Positions 48,440-58,685 of a DNA stretch of 64,000 bases are shown here, piece by piece. Each line of letters opens with the position of its first letter. Within the stretch, counting starts at the first letter, position 1. The DNA is taken from assembly GCA_965215185.1 (NCBI GenBank), contig OZ244034.1, forward strand, positions 341,863-405,862, in the 5' to 3' direction. A model generated the notes under the pieces. That model was not told where the DNA came from, made no database searches, and saw only the letters and a list, made by a program, of their open reading frames with translations. Source of the stretch: Acidimicrobiia bacterium. Its GTDB lineage: Bacteria; Actinomycetota; Acidimicrobiia; Spongiisociales; ZC4RG35. The translations under genes were made by a program, and so were the position numbers.

Positions 48440-49675
48440 ATGAGTAAACGCAGATCTTGGGTACGTGCCTTTGTGGTGTTGTCCGTTCTGGCCTTGGTCG
48501 CCGCCTCCTGTGGCGACGGATCAGATGAGGTGGCGCCCACCACGGCCGCGCCCACCACAGCGGCGCCCACCACGGCCGCTCCCGAGCCCATCATGTTGGG
48601 AACCATTTGGTTCAACTCAGGTGTGGCTGTTGGGCTGGGCGACATTATGCGCAATGGGTTCGACCTAGCCGTGAAGCAGCAGAATGAGGCCGGTGGTGTC
48701 TTGGGACGTCAAGTCGAGGTGGTCGACTACGACGAGGGCTATTCGGCTGATGAGTCGGTTGCCTCAGCCCGCAAGGCGATCGCCGATGGTGTGGCTGGCA
48801 TTGCCGGGGGCAACGACGCCACCACTTGTGTGGCGATGAAGGATGTCGCGGCCGAGGCGGGGATCCCCTTGGTGGTGACCGCCTGCGGTTCGGAACTGAT
48901 TACGGCCGAGGGCTATGAGGGAGTGGTGCACGTCCGGGCTCCGGTGAAGCAGAGCCAGTCCGACAGCAACGCCCTATCCGTGTTGGCCCGGTGGATGATT
49001 CAGCAGGGCTACAACCGCGTGCAGGGCGTAGGTGTCGACTCTGACTGGGTGCGACTCACCCATGACGAGTTCACCCGCATCTTCGCGGAGGAAGCTCCCT
49101 CCGACTTTGAGTACACCGGTATGGTGTACTTCCCCTATGGAACGGCTGAAGCCCGGATTGAAGTGACCAAGGGCGTCGGCAATGATCCCGATCTTCTGTA
49201 TCTCGGGCTGTGGGGCAAGGACGTGGTAGTCAACGCCGTGCAAGCCGCCCGCGAGATCGGCTATGAGGGTGACATCATGATCAACGAGGTCGTGTTCACT
49301 CCGCCTGAAGTGGAAGCCTTGGGCGATCTTGCCGAGGGTGTTTACAGTTCGACCGGGTGGATTCTGGATGAGTCCATTCCGGAGGCGGCGGCCTTCTCCG
49401 CGGCGTACGAGGCCGAATACGGGTCGGCCCCGGATTGGTGGTCCGAACTGGGGTATACGGCTGCCCAGCAGTTGATGGCGGCTATCGAAGCAGCCGGCAC
49501 CACCGACTACGCGGCGGTCGCTCCGCTGATGAATGATGAGCATGGATTTATCACCCCTCGTGGTAAGCCGTTGCGTTTCAACGACAAGGGCCTGCGACTG
49601 GTCGACGACTGGATCATCATCCAATCCCAGGGCGGCGTCCTGCTGCCGGTGGATGCCGTTCCTCTCGCTGGCTAG
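48440..49675 (+). CDS. branched-chain-amino-acid/amide-type ABC substrate-binding lipoprotein (LivJ/Peripla_BP_6 family)
   Basis: Signal peptide and lipobox 'LVAASC', an 'APTTAAPTTAAPTTAAP' linker, and a type-I periplasmic-binding-fold body. It lies upstream of a LivHMGF set. Confidence 0.8.
   Translation: MSKRRSWVRAFVVLSVLALVAASCGDGSDEVAPTTAAPTTAAPTTAAPEPIMLGTIWFNSGVAVGLGDIMRNGFDLAVKQQNEAGGVLGRQVEVVDYDEGYSADESVASARKAIADGVAGIAGGNDATTCVAMKDVAAEAGIPLVVTACGSELITAEGYEGVVHVRAPVKQSQSDSNALSVLARWMIQQGYNRVQGVGVDSDWVRLTHDEFTRIFAEEAPSDFEYTGMVYFPYGTAEARIEVTKGVGNDPDLLYLGLWGKDVVVNAVQAAREIGYEGDIMINEVVFTPPEVEALGDLAEGVYSSTGWILDESIPEAAAFSAAYEAEYGSAPDWWSELGYTAAQQLMAAIEAAGTTDYAAVAPLMNDEHGFITPRGKPLRFNDKGLRLVDDWIIIQSQGGVLLPVDAVPLAG
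48533..48580. repeat. tandem 15-bp repeat x3 (gcgcccaccacggcc) encoding the APTTA linker
   Basis: Read directly. Confidence 0.5.
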
Positions 49676-49770
49676 TTAGATCCTTCCATAAATAGTGATG
49701 TATCGGTCTGCGCCCATCTATCTGGGCCAGACCGATACACCCTACGGATAACCAAGGAGGCTGGGCCAAA

Positions 49771-50169
49771 GTGAAGAGAGTTTACGTACCAGTCGAAGAG
49801 GCGCTGTTCAAGGCCATCGGGTCAAAGAGCCGTTGGAACGATGTGGTCCGAGTAGGTAATACCATGTGGGTCACCGGGCAACTGGGCTGGGATCGCAGCA
49901 CCGGAGTGCTGGCGGATACCTTGGAGGAGCAGACGGAACTGGCTCTCCAAAACCTCGAGAATGCCTTGAGCCGCGCAGGGGCCGCCTTGAGTGATGTGGT
50001 GCTGACCAGGATCTATCTGACCGATCATGACCACTACCACCGCTACGAGGTCATCTACAACCGCTATTTCCCCAGCCAGCAGCCCGCTCGGGTCTCGGTG
50101 GTGGTGGCGGAGCTGATCCACCACTCACTGATTGACATCGAAGCCGTAGCAGTGGTGGATGAGGAGTGA
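49771..50169 (+). CDS. RidA/YjgF-family reactive-intermediate (enamine/imine) deaminase
   Basis: 132 aa. 'VVRVGNTMWVTGQLGWD' and 'ARVSVVVAELIHHSLIDIEAVAVV' match the chorismate-mutase-like RidA fold. Confidence 0.8.
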   Translation: MKRVYVPVEEALFKAIGSKSRWNDVVRVGNTMWVTGQLGWDRSTGVLADTLEEQTELALQNLENALSRAGAALSDVVLTRIYLTDHDHYHRYEVIYNRYFPSQQPARVSVVVAELIHHSLIDIEAVAVVDEE

Positions 50170-50226
50170 CTGGTTCCCGACGCATTGGACCTTCTTGGTG
50201 TCGCTCTCTAATCCAATGAGAAGAAC

Positions 50227-50556
50227 ATGATCAAGACGGTGACTTTGCTGAACAGGAGGCCCGACCTGACCAGCGAGCAGTTTCATGAGCATTGGAAGAC
50301 TGTCCATGCTGCTCTGGTGCTGGCCATGCCCAGGGTGCGGCGTTATGTTCAATGTCGACCCTTGGAGGTTCCCGGTCGCGAGGCGCCCTGCGACGGTGTT
50401 GCCGAGGTGTGGTACGAAAGCGTCGAGGATTTTCTGGCCACGGCCGCTTCCGAAGAATACGTCCGGCTCTTAGCCGACGAGAAGAACTTCATGGGCGCCA
50501 AAACTCAGGACTCGGTGTTCGTGATAGTGGAAGAGGACGAGTTTCCTGTTGAATAG
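50227..50556 (+). CDS. EthD-domain / Dabb-like small alpha+beta-barrel protein
   Basis: 109 aa. 'FHEHWKTVHAALV' and the length fit the EthD family. Weak. Confidence 0.45.
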   Translation: MIKTVTLLNRRPDLTSEQFHEHWKTVHAALVLAMPRVRRYVQCRPLEVPGREAPCDGVAEVWYESVEDFLATAASEEYVRLLADEKNFMGAKTQDSVFVIVEEDEFPVE

Positions 50557-50571
50557 ACTCACCGGCCACAG

Positions 50572-51381
50572 ATGACTGCTGCTCCTGACAACCAGCGTGG
50601 ATCTCTATCCAAGGGATTGCGCATCCTGGCCTCTTTCGACGAGAAGTCCCCTGCTCTGACCATCGCCGACATCTCGCGGCGCACCGAGATCAGCCGGGCC
50701 AGCGTCTACCGACTCACCGGCGTCCTGGAGGAATTGGGATACATACAGAGGGATGAACGATTCTTCCGTCCCTCCAGTAAGGTGCTGAAACTGGGAGTGG
50801 CGGCCGTCGAATCCCGGGAGTTCGTTGAGCACATTCGACCCTATCTGGATCAGATAAGCGCATTGCTTCCCCAGGCCACCGCCATCAACTATGGGGTGCT
50901 CGAAGGGACCGACATCATTTACCTAGCCCGTCGGCATCAAGACGACATCATCACCATCAACCTACGGGTGGGGAGTCGCCTTCCCGCTTATCTCAGTTCG
51001 CTGGGCAAAGCAATCCTTTCCGCCATGCCCCCCGCAGATGTGGAGGAGGTGGTGGCGCAAATGAGTTTCGAGCGACGGACCTCCACCACCATCACCAGCG
51101 CAGATCGCTATCGGGCGGAGGTGGAGCAGGCTCGCGTGAAAGGGATCGCGGTTAATGACCAGGAACTAACCATGGGGCTGCGCTCGGTTGCCGCTCCGGT
51201 CTTCCATGGATCGGAAGTGATAGGGGCGGTAGGAGTGGCCACGCTGGTCATAAGAGCGGATCTTGAGACTTTGGAGAACGATTACGGCCCGGTTCTGCAG
51301 TCCTTCACGAAAAAGATCAGCGAGGAGATATCCGCCATAAGGCTCGACAACCGGGTCCCAATCTACGCTAGCCATGAGTGA
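50572..51381 (+). CDS. IclR-family transcriptional regulator
   Basis: N-terminal wHTH 'LTIADISRRTEISRASVYRLTGVLEELGY' and a C-terminal IclR effector domain 'GIAVNDQELTMGLRSVAAPV'. Confidence 0.8.
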   Translation: MTAAPDNQRGSLSKGLRILASFDEKSPALTIADISRRTEISRASVYRLTGVLEELGYIQRDERFFRPSSKVLKLGVAAVESREFVEHIRPYLDQISALLPQATAINYGVLEGTDIIYLARRHQDDIITINLRVGSRLPAYLSSLGKAILSAMPPADVEEVVAQMSFERRTSTTITSADRYRAEVEQARVKGIAVNDQELTMGLRSVAAPVFHGSEVIGAVGVATLVIRADLETLENDYGPVLQSFTKKISEEISAIRLDNRVPIYASHE

Positions 51382-51429
51382 GACAGGTCCGTATAGGTCG
51401 GGTGTTTCAGGCAAGGGGAGGTCTGGACG

Positions 51430-52293
51430 ATGAACTGGGACATCATCGGCCAGCAGCTTTGGAACGGCCTTCTCAACGGCTCCATTTACGTGATTTTCGC
51501 GGCCGGATTGAGCTTGGTGTTCGGAGTGATGCGGGTGATCAACATGGCGCACGGGGAACTAACCATGCTCGGCGCCATGATCTTGTACACGGTGACCAAG
51601 CTGGTGGGTTTGGGGTACTTTGTCGGCGCGGGCGTGGTGGTGGTGATAATGGGCCTGGCCGGTTTCCTAGTCAACCGGGTGGCGGTCCGACCTTTCTTGG
51701 GTCAGTCGGAACTGGTGGTGATCCTCTCCACGGTCGCGCTCAGTTTCATGTTGTTGCATGGCAGTTTTGTGGTGTGGGGGTCGGAGCCGAAGGGTGTGGA
51801 CGAGCCGTTCAATGAAATCCTCAAGGTGGGGGGCGTCTACATCACTACCGCCGGTTTGCTTTTGGTGGGCGTGTGTTTCACTGCGGTGCTGGCTTTGTAC
51901 CTGATACTCACCCACACCAAGCTCGGGAAAATGACCCGCGCCACCGGCCAGAACCTGCTTGGGGCTCGCCTGATCGGCATCAATACAACGGCAATCTACG
52001 ATGCGACTTTGATCATTGCCTCCGGTTTGGCGGCGCTGGCCGGAGTGCTAATAGTCCTTGTGTCGACCGCGTCTCCCAACCTGGGCCAGCCCCTTCTTAT
52101 CACCGGTTTCGCGGTTGTAATTGTGGCCGGAATGGGCAATGTTGGGGGTGCGGTGGCGGTGGGACTGTTCCTGGGTGTCACCGAAGCATTATTCGGCCAG
52201 TTCATCTCCACTTACTATCGGCAGGGTTACCTGTACGTGGTGATGATCATTGTCCTGCTGCTGCGGCCGCAGGGTTTGTTCGGGAGAAGGTGA
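51430..52293 (+). CDS. branched-chain amino acid-type ABC permease (LivH-like)
   Basis: 287 aa with 8 TM helices and LivH-type topology. Confidence 0.85.
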   Translation: MNWDIIGQQLWNGLLNGSIYVIFAAGLSLVFGVMRVINMAHGELTMLGAMILYTVTKLVGLGYFVGAGVVVVIMGLAGFLVNRVAVRPFLGQSELVVILSTVALSFMLLHGSFVVWGSEPKGVDEPFNEILKVGGVYITTAGLLLVGVCFTAVLALYLILTHTKLGKMTRATGQNLLGARLIGINTTAIYDATLIIASGLAALAGVLIVLVSTASPNLGQPLLITGFAVVIVAGMGNVGGAVAVGLFLGVTEALFGQFISTYYRQGYLYVVMIIVLLLRPQGLFGRR

Positions 52294-52294
52294 G

Positions 52295-53317
52295 ATGCGT
52301 TTGAGACTGGGTCCGGGGTTCTGGATCGGGATTCCGACGCTGGTGATTGCGCTGTTGGTGCCGCTCACCCTCTTTACGAACCCCTACAACCGCGGGTTGC
52401 TGGTGTTGATTGTGATCTACGCCATAGCCGGTCTGAGCCTCGACTACATCATGGGGGAGATGGGGCAATTCTCGTTCGGACATGCCGCCTTCTGGGGTTT
52501 CGGTGCTTATGTTTCCGCCAAACTCGCCCTCGACCTGGGCATTTCACCATGGCTCGGTTTTGTGGCCGCCCCTTTGGCGGCCGGCTTGGTGGGTCTATTG
52601 ATCGGCTATGTGGCTTTGCGCAGGACCCGCGGGTTGGAGTTGGCGATCGTCACCCTCGGGTTCGGGGTGCTGGCGTGGACGGTGGCTTTGCGGTGGAGGT
52701 CGGTTACCGGCGGCCCGTCAGGACTGCGCCAGATTCCTCCGCCCAGCCTCTTTGGTTGGGAGATACGTTCGGAATTGGCCTACTTCTATTTCGCCCTCTT
52801 GTTGCTTCTGGGGGTGATCTTCATCTTGGGGAGGTTGCGGAAGTCGCGTTTCGGAAGAGGAGTGCGCAGCATTCACGAAAATGAGGATCTTGCCAGATCC
52901 ATCGGTGTTGCGGCCACCAAATACTACGTATTTGCCTTCGCATTTGCATGCGGGTTGGTGGGGTTTTCCGGAGCGTTGTACGCCCACCATTTCAGATTTG
53001 TCAACCCCAACCTTCTCGGTCTGCAGCCCATGTTCATCTTTTTGATAATTGTCTTGGTAGGCGGAACGGGGACCTTGTGGGGCCCGGTGTTCGGTGCGGC
53101 GATCTTTGTACTGGTGAGTGAGTGGTTGCGAGCTCTTCAGGAGTACCGGTTTTTGATTTTCGGGGTGGTCTTGCTGCTGGTGGTGCTATTCATGCCCAGC
53201 GGCGTGTACCCGGCGCTCCGGAACGCCCTGACGCGGCGTGGGGCGCGACACGGCCCTCAAGCTACCTCCGTATCTGCGGTTGAGGCCCCCGGGCCGGATG
53301 AGTCTGAGGTGAGATAG
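52295..53317 (+). CDS. branched-chain amino acid-type ABC permease (LivM-like)
   Basis: The ATG at 52295 lies 1 nt after the LivH stop; the upstream part of the ORF is an over-extension. TM-rich 340 aa. Confidence 0.8.
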   Translation: MRLRLGPGFWIGIPTLVIALLVPLTLFTNPYNRGLLVLIVIYAIAGLSLDYIMGEMGQFSFGHAAFWGFGAYVSAKLALDLGISPWLGFVAAPLAAGLVGLLIGYVALRRTRGLELAIVTLGFGVLAWTVALRWRSVTGGPSGLRQIPPPSLFGWEIRSELAYFYFALLLLLGVIFILGRLRKSRFGRGVRSIHENEDLARSIGVAATKYYVFAFAFACGLVGFSGALYAHHFRFVNPNLLGLQPMFIFLIIVLVGGTGTLWGPVFGAAIFVLVSEWLRALQEYRFLIFGVVLLLVVLFMPSGVYPALRNALTRRGARHGPQATSVSAVEAPGPDESEVR

Positions 53318-54084
53318 TGCCGATACTGCAAACCACGGGGCTCACCAAGCTGTTCGGTGGCCTGTCGGCGGTCGACGATTTGGATCTTCGTGTGGAGGAG
53401 GGCGAGATCATGGGTTTGATCGGTCCCAACGGCTCCGGGAAAACCACCGCTCTGAACCTGATAACCGGTTTCATCAAACCCACCCGCGGCGGGGTGACTT
53501 ATCAGGGAAACGACATAACCGGCGCTCAGCCTCAAGATCTCGCCCGCGTGGGATTGGTTCGTACTTTCCAGATAACCACGCTCTTTGAGAATCTCAGGGT
53601 TCGGGACAACGTGCTCCACGGCAGCCATCTTGCCAACCCGACATCCTTGGTGGGAGCTTTGACCCGTTCCCGCAAGTACCGGGAGCAGCAGGCCACCATG
53701 GAAGAACGAGTATGGGAATTGCTCGAATTCGTGGGTCTTCAGGGCCGCATCGACGCGATGGCCCGTGACCTCTCGGCGGGTGAGCACCGCTACCTGGAGA
53801 TTGCTATCGCCCTGGCGGCCAACCCCAAGATGCTGCTGCTCGACGAACCGGCGACCGGACTGAACCCGGAAGAGGCCGGCTTTTTGATGAGTCTGATCAG
53901 GACGTTGAGAGATCGGGGGGTGACGGTGCTGCTCATCGAGCACAATATGCGACTGATCATCAACATTTGCACCCGGATCACGGTGCTGAATTTCGGCGCC
54001 AAGATCGCCGAAGGCTCGCCTGAGGAGATCGTGGGCGATGAAGCCGTTGTGGCGGCCTATTTGGGGAAGAGGCGCGGTGCTTGA
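53317..54084 (+). CDS. ABC ATP-binding protein (LivG-like)
   Basis: Walker A 'GPNGSGKTT', signature 'LSAGEHRYLEIAIAL', Walker B 'LLLDEPATGL'. Confidence 0.85.
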   Translation: MPILQTTGLTKLFGGLSAVDDLDLRVEEGEIMGLIGPNGSGKTTALNLITGFIKPTRGGVTYQGNDITGAQPQDLARVGLVRTFQITTLFENLRVRDNVLHGSHLANPTSLVGALTRSRKYREQQATMEERVWELLEFVGLQGRIDAMARDLSAGEHRYLEIAIALAANPKMLLLDEPATGLNPEEAGFLMSLIRTLRDRGVTVLLIEHNMRLIINICTRITVLNFGAKIAEGSPEEIVGDEAVVAAYLGKRRGA

Positions 54085-54781
54085 GGTCAATTCCCTCAAT
54101 GTGGCCTACGGGCGGGTACAGGTGCTATTCGATGTCTCGATCAGCGTCGGAGAAGGCGAATTGGTGACCGTGATCGGGGCCAACGGAGCCGGCAAAACCA
54201 CCCTGCTTCTGACCATCTCTGGGGTGCTCAAGCCCATGGACGGAAGTATCTCATTTGCTGGTGAGGGAATCGACGACCGCCAACCGCATGAGATTTTTAG
54301 TATGGGGCTGGGTCATGTCCCACAGGGCAAAGAACTCTTCCCGGCCATGACCGTCCTGGATAACTTAGAGATGGGCGCCCACTTGGTGAAGGATCGGGTC
54401 GAGTACCAGGAGCGACTGGCTCGGGCTTTCGAGTTCTTTCCTCGTCTCTCCGAACGGGCCCGCCAGCGGGCCGGCACCCTGAGCGGTGGGGAGCAGCAGA
54501 TGCTGGCCATCGCCCGGGCGCTGATGGGCAAGCCCGATTTGCTGCTCTTGGACGAGCCTTCGGCGGGACTGGCGCCGATCATCGTTGATCACCTGGCCGA
54601 GATCATCCTTGACTTGAACGAACAAGGCCTGACGGTGCTCCTGGTTGAGCAGAACGCGTACTTGGCGCTGGAGATCGCCAAGAAGGCCTACGTCATGGAG
54701 TCGGGCCTGGTTGTGGAAAGCGGTGACACAGCAGCGGTGCTCGAAAGTGACCTGGTGCGGCGCGCCTACATGGGGATCTGA
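54038..54781 (+). CDS. ABC ATP-binding protein (LivF-like)
   Basis: Walker A 'GANGAGKTT', signature 'LSGGEQQMLAIARAL', Walker B 'LLLDEPSAGL'. The true start is probably ~54080, overlapping the LivG stop. Confidence 0.85.
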   Translation: MKPLWRPIWGRGAVLEVNSLNVAYGRVQVLFDVSISVGEGELVTVIGANGAGKTTLLLTISGVLKPMDGSISFAGEGIDDRQPHEIFSMGLGHVPQGKELFPAMTVLDNLEMGAHLVKDRVEYQERLARAFEFFPRLSERARQRAGTLSGGEQQMLAIARALMGKPDLLLLDEPSAGLAPIIVDHLAEIILDLNEQGLTVLLVEQNAYLALEIAKKAYVMESGLVVESGDTAAVLESDLVRRAYMGI

Positions 54782-54783
54782 CA

Positions 54784-56841
54784 ATGGGTCTGCGAATCGG
54801 GGTTGACATCGGGGGGACCTTTACCGATTGGGTGATGGTCGATCAACAGGGAAGAGTGGAGGTTATCAAAACACCTACCACCCCGGATGGGTTCAGTGGG
54901 GTGTTCAATGCCATGGACGAGGCCGAGGTGAATGGCCAAAAGTTCAATTTCTTTGCTCACGGAACCACGCTGGGTACCAACGCGCTTATCCAAAGGCGAC
55001 TCCCCCGGGTGGCCATGGTCACCACCAGGGGAGTCACCGCCGTGTTGACCCAGGCTGCCCGGGGCTCCAAGGAGGACATTTGGGACATTTATGACGAATC
55101 TCCCCGACCTTCGATCGTTAAGCCCCGCGATCGTCTGGAGGTCACCGAGAGGACGCTTAGTTCCGGGGAGATCCGCATTCTGTTGGACGAGAAAGAAGCA
55201 AGGAAAGTGGCGCGGGTCCTGCGTGGTCGGGGTATCCGGACCATCGCGATCTGCTTTCTCCACTCCTACACCAACGGTCGGAACGAGCAGAGAATGAAAG
55301 AGATCATCCTGGAGGAGTACCCGGAGGCGCTGGTTCGTACCTCCAATGAAACCATTCCCCGGATTCTCGAATACGAGCGTTTCACCACCACCATCCTCAA
55401 TGTGGCGCTCATCCCGGTGATGATCGATTACCTGCAAGCCCTGGAACAGGGCCTTAGAGCCCGGCATTATGAGGGTGATGTGCTGATTGTGCAGTCGGCA
55501 GGTGGGCTGATGGGAGTCGAGGCCACTGCCAACATCCCGGTGAGGACTGCCAACTCCGGCCCCTCGGCGGGGGCGATCGCCGCCCGGGAAATAGGCTCAC
55601 TGGCCGGCTTCGACAATGTCATCGGACTTGATATCGGGGGCACCAGCACTGATGTCTCGGTAACTCTGGACGGCCAGGTTCGGACCACCGGAGCCTGGGA
55701 GGTGGAGTGGGGTCATCCGATCATGTTCCCCGCAGTGGACATAATCACGGTGGGGGCCGGGGGAGGGTCGGTGGCGTGGTTCGATCCGGGCGGCAAGCTT
55801 CGATCCGGACCTCACAGCATGGGAGCGGTTCCCGGTCCTGCATGCTATAGCAAAGGAGGAGATCACCCCACCAACACCGATGCCCATGTGGTGCTGGGAA
55901 ACCTGAGACCGGGCGCCATGTTGGGCGGAGCGATGGAGATCTCAGCCGCCTTGGCGGGGAAGGTAATCAATGACAAGATCGGTCAGAGGCTCGGCGCTGA
56001 CGCAGTATCCGCCGCGGCGGCGGTGATAGCTGTGGCCGAAGCGAACATGGCCAACGCCATCAGGCTGGCGACCATGAGGCGGGGCCTCGACCCTCGTGAC
56101 TTCGCCATGGTGGCATTCGGTGGGGCCGGCCCCTTTCACGGAGCCAGGGTGGCGGCCGAGTTGCGGATTCCGACGGTGGTGGTGCCTCCCAGTCCGGGAC
56201 TCACTTCGGCCCTGGGGTGTCTGATGGCCGACATTCGTCACGACCTGGGGGCCAGCATGTTCTATGGGGATGCGGCTGCGGTCGACCTCGAGGAGATGAA
56301 TGCCCGGTTTGATGAATTCGATGCCTATGTGAGGGCTGCCCTGGACCGCGAGGGCATTCCCCACGATCGCCAGTTCGTGGAGCGGACCATCGACATGTGC
56401 TACGCAGGGCAGTGGAGGGTTTTCGCAATACCGGTCACCGGCATGATGACCACCGAACGCCTTTCTGAGAGCGTGGAACTCTTCAAGAAGCTGTACCTGC
56501 AGAGGTTCTCCTTCGATCTGGGTGCGCGGGAGGTGGAGATCCATGGGATCAATGTGACTGGAACGGGAATCTCCGATAAGTACCGTCCTCGGCGGGGGAG
56601 AGCCATGCCCACTGCCAGTCCTGTCTCCGACTCCCGTCCGGTGTACTGGAGAGAGGCAGGAGGGTGGGTGGATACACCGGTATGGTCTCGATCTTCTCTA
56701 CCGGCGGGTTTCCGGACAGTGGGTCCGGCAGTCGTGGAGCAAATGGATTCCACCACCCTGGCGCCACCCGGTGTGAGTCTCTACGTAGACGAGTATCTCA
56801 ATCTGGTCTTGGACATCACCGGGAGTGGGGGGACCTTGTGA
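54784..56841 (+). CDS. hyuA: hydantoinase A-type ATP-dependent subunit (HyuA family), second copy
   Basis: 'IGVDIGGTFTDWVMV', 'IGLDIGGTSTDVSV'. 685 aa. Its start lies 3 nt after the LivF stop. Confidence 0.85.
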   Translation: MGLRIGVDIGGTFTDWVMVDQQGRVEVIKTPTTPDGFSGVFNAMDEAEVNGQKFNFFAHGTTLGTNALIQRRLPRVAMVTTRGVTAVLTQAARGSKEDIWDIYDESPRPSIVKPRDRLEVTERTLSSGEIRILLDEKEARKVARVLRGRGIRTIAICFLHSYTNGRNEQRMKEIILEEYPEALVRTSNETIPRILEYERFTTTILNVALIPVMIDYLQALEQGLRARHYEGDVLIVQSAGGLMGVEATANIPVRTANSGPSAGAIAAREIGSLAGFDNVIGLDIGGTSTDVSVTLDGQVRTTGAWEVEWGHPIMFPAVDIITVGAGGGSVAWFDPGGKLRSGPHSMGAVPGPACYSKGGDHPTNTDAHVVLGNLRPGAMLGGAMEISAALAGKVINDKIGQRLGADAVSAAAAVIAVAEANMANAIRLATMRRGLDPRDFAMVAFGGAGPFHGARVAAELRIPTVVVPPSPGLTSALGCLMADIRHDLGASMFYGDAAAVDLEEMNARFDEFDAYVRAALDREGIPHDRQFVERTIDMCYAGQWRVFAIPVTGMMTTERLSESVELFKKLYLQRFSFDLGAREVEIHGINVTGTGISDKYRPRRGRAMPTASPVSDSRPVYWREAGGWVDTPVWSRSSLPAGFRTVGPAVVEQMDSTTLAPPGVSLYVDEYLNLVLDITGSGGTL

Positions 56842-58685
56842 ACCCGCAAGCGCCGAATCCGAACATCGTGCCGGGTGTGGACCCGGTGACCTTTTCCATA
56901 CTCTCCAGCGCATTCGTAAGTCTGGTGGACGAGATGGTGGGCGCGTTGCAGGATGCCTGCCTGTCATTCGTGATCTATGTGGGGGATGTCAGCGGGGGAC
57001 TGCTCAATGCCAGGGGCGAGCTGGTCGCCCAAGGGACACGCGATGTGGCGGTTCACGTGGGGGCGCTGCAACCGAGCACCAAGGCGGTGATCGAGGACTT
57101 CATCGAGGTGGAGGGCGGTATCGAAGAGGGTGACGTGTACGCCTTCAACGAGCCTTATCGGGGTGGAACCCATCTTCCGGATATGACCTTTATCAGTCCG
57201 ATCTTCTGGCAGGACGAACTGATCGCGTTCACGGCCACCAAGGGCCACTGGTCGGATGTTGGCGGCGCCACGCCCGGCTCCATGAATGCCCTGGCTGCGG
57301 ATATTTATGCTGAAGGCCTGGTCGTCCCACCACTCAAAGTGGTCTCCCGGGGTGTTATTCGCCACGATGTCCGCAACCTGATAATGGCCAACATCCGCAT
57401 ACCCATCAACGCCACCGGTGACCTCATTGCCCACATAGAAGCCGCCCGGGTGGGGGAGAGGCGCCTGCATGGTCTCGTAGAGAAATACGGGATCGACACC
57501 GTCCTGGCGTCCATGGAAGGAACCCTCGATCATTCCGAGCGGGAACTGGCCGCCGAGATCCTCCAATGCCCGGAAGGGACCTGGGAGACCGAGGACTTCA
57601 TCGACTACGATCCTCAGGCACCCGAGGATGGCCCGGTCCGCGTCTCATTGAAGATGACCATCGAACACGACCCGCCGCGGGTCATCTATGACATGAGAGG
57701 GTCGGGGCCGCCGGTTCAATCCGGTATGAACGGCACGCGCGGTTCCACCTTCGGCGCCTTGGTGGCCGGGACCCACTACATCTTTCCCAAGCCTCTCATG
57801 AATGCCGGATGGCTTCGCATCATCAAAGCGATCTTTCCCGAGACAAGCGTGGTTAACGCGGTCCGGCCCTACGCGGTCTGCGGGGAGGTGTCGGGGGCCT
57901 ACGAGAAGACCACTGCTTGCATCCAACGGGTGTGGGCCGAAGTCTTGCCCCGAAAGTCCTTTGCCGGCAACTTCAACCTCGAGTACGTGGTGGCAGGGGG
58001 CATAGACGATCGGCCCGGTCGAAACAACAACTACTTCGTCTACTACCACTGGCACACCGGTGGCTGGGGAGGAAAGTACGGCGCAGACGGAAGAGACTGC
58101 GGAGCGGCGATCTTCGGGCTGGGCATCCTGAACCAGTCGAGCGAGGTCATTGAGAGGATGTGGCCGGTCACCTTCGAACGCCTGGCGCCGGTCACCGACT
58201 CCATGGGGGCGGGGAAGTGGAGAGGAGGGGCCGGGCTGGAGTCAGTGCTTAGAGTCGAGAACGCCGGTGGAGTCCGCCTTTCGTACATAGCCGACCGGGG
58301 GGAAGATGGGCCCGGCGGTCCCCGGGGCCTCTTCGGAGGCAGAGACGGCATCCCGATCCGGGTGGTAAAGAACATCAACACGGATGAAGAGGAGAACCTC
58401 CCGATCTATTTTGCCGACGAATTCGTCGGGCAGCACGGAAACTTCTATCACGTCTCCTCGGGAGGCGGAGGATACGGTGATCCCCTCCAACGGGATCCGG
58501 AGGCAGTCTTGGAAGACGTAATGGACAGATATGTTTCGCTCGAGTCCGCCCGTGCCGACTATGGGGTGGTTATCGAGGTTCGAGACGCCGACCTTCTCGA
58601 CTACCGAATCGATATCGAAGCCACAAGAACTTTGCGGGCCAAGCGGCGCCGCGCCCGATCAGACACAGGAGAGAAAAAGCCATGA
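56838..58685 (+). CDS. hyuB: hydantoinase B-type subunit (HyuB family), second copy
   Basis: The GTG start overlaps the hyuA stop ('cttGTGAac'). 'VDPVTFSILSSAFVSLVDEMVGAL' is a HyuB N-terminus. ORF-track 56664 is an over-extension. Confidence 0.85.
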   Translation: MNPQAPNPNIVPGVDPVTFSILSSAFVSLVDEMVGALQDACLSFVIYVGDVSGGLLNARGELVAQGTRDVAVHVGALQPSTKAVIEDFIEVEGGIEEGDVYAFNEPYRGGTHLPDMTFISPIFWQDELIAFTATKGHWSDVGGATPGSMNALAADIYAEGLVVPPLKVVSRGVIRHDVRNLIMANIRIPINATGDLIAHIEAARVGERRLHGLVEKYGIDTVLASMEGTLDHSERELAAEILQCPEGTWETEDFIDYDPQAPEDGPVRVSLKMTIEHDPPRVIYDMRGSGPPVQSGMNGTRGSTFGALVAGTHYIFPKPLMNAGWLRIIKAIFPETSVVNAVRPYAVCGEVSGAYEKTTACIQRVWAEVLPRKSFAGNFNLEYVVAGGIDDRPGRNNNYFVYYHWHTGGWGGKYGADGRDCGAAIFGLGILNQSSEVIERMWPVTFERLAPVTDSMGAGKWRGGAGLESVLRVENAGGVRLSYIADRGEDGPGGPRGLFGGRDGIPIRVVKNINTDEEENLPIYFADEFVGQHGNFYHVSSGGGGYGDPLQRDPEAVLEDVMDRYVSLESARADYGVVIEVRDADLLDYRIDIEATRTLRAKRRRARSDTGEKKP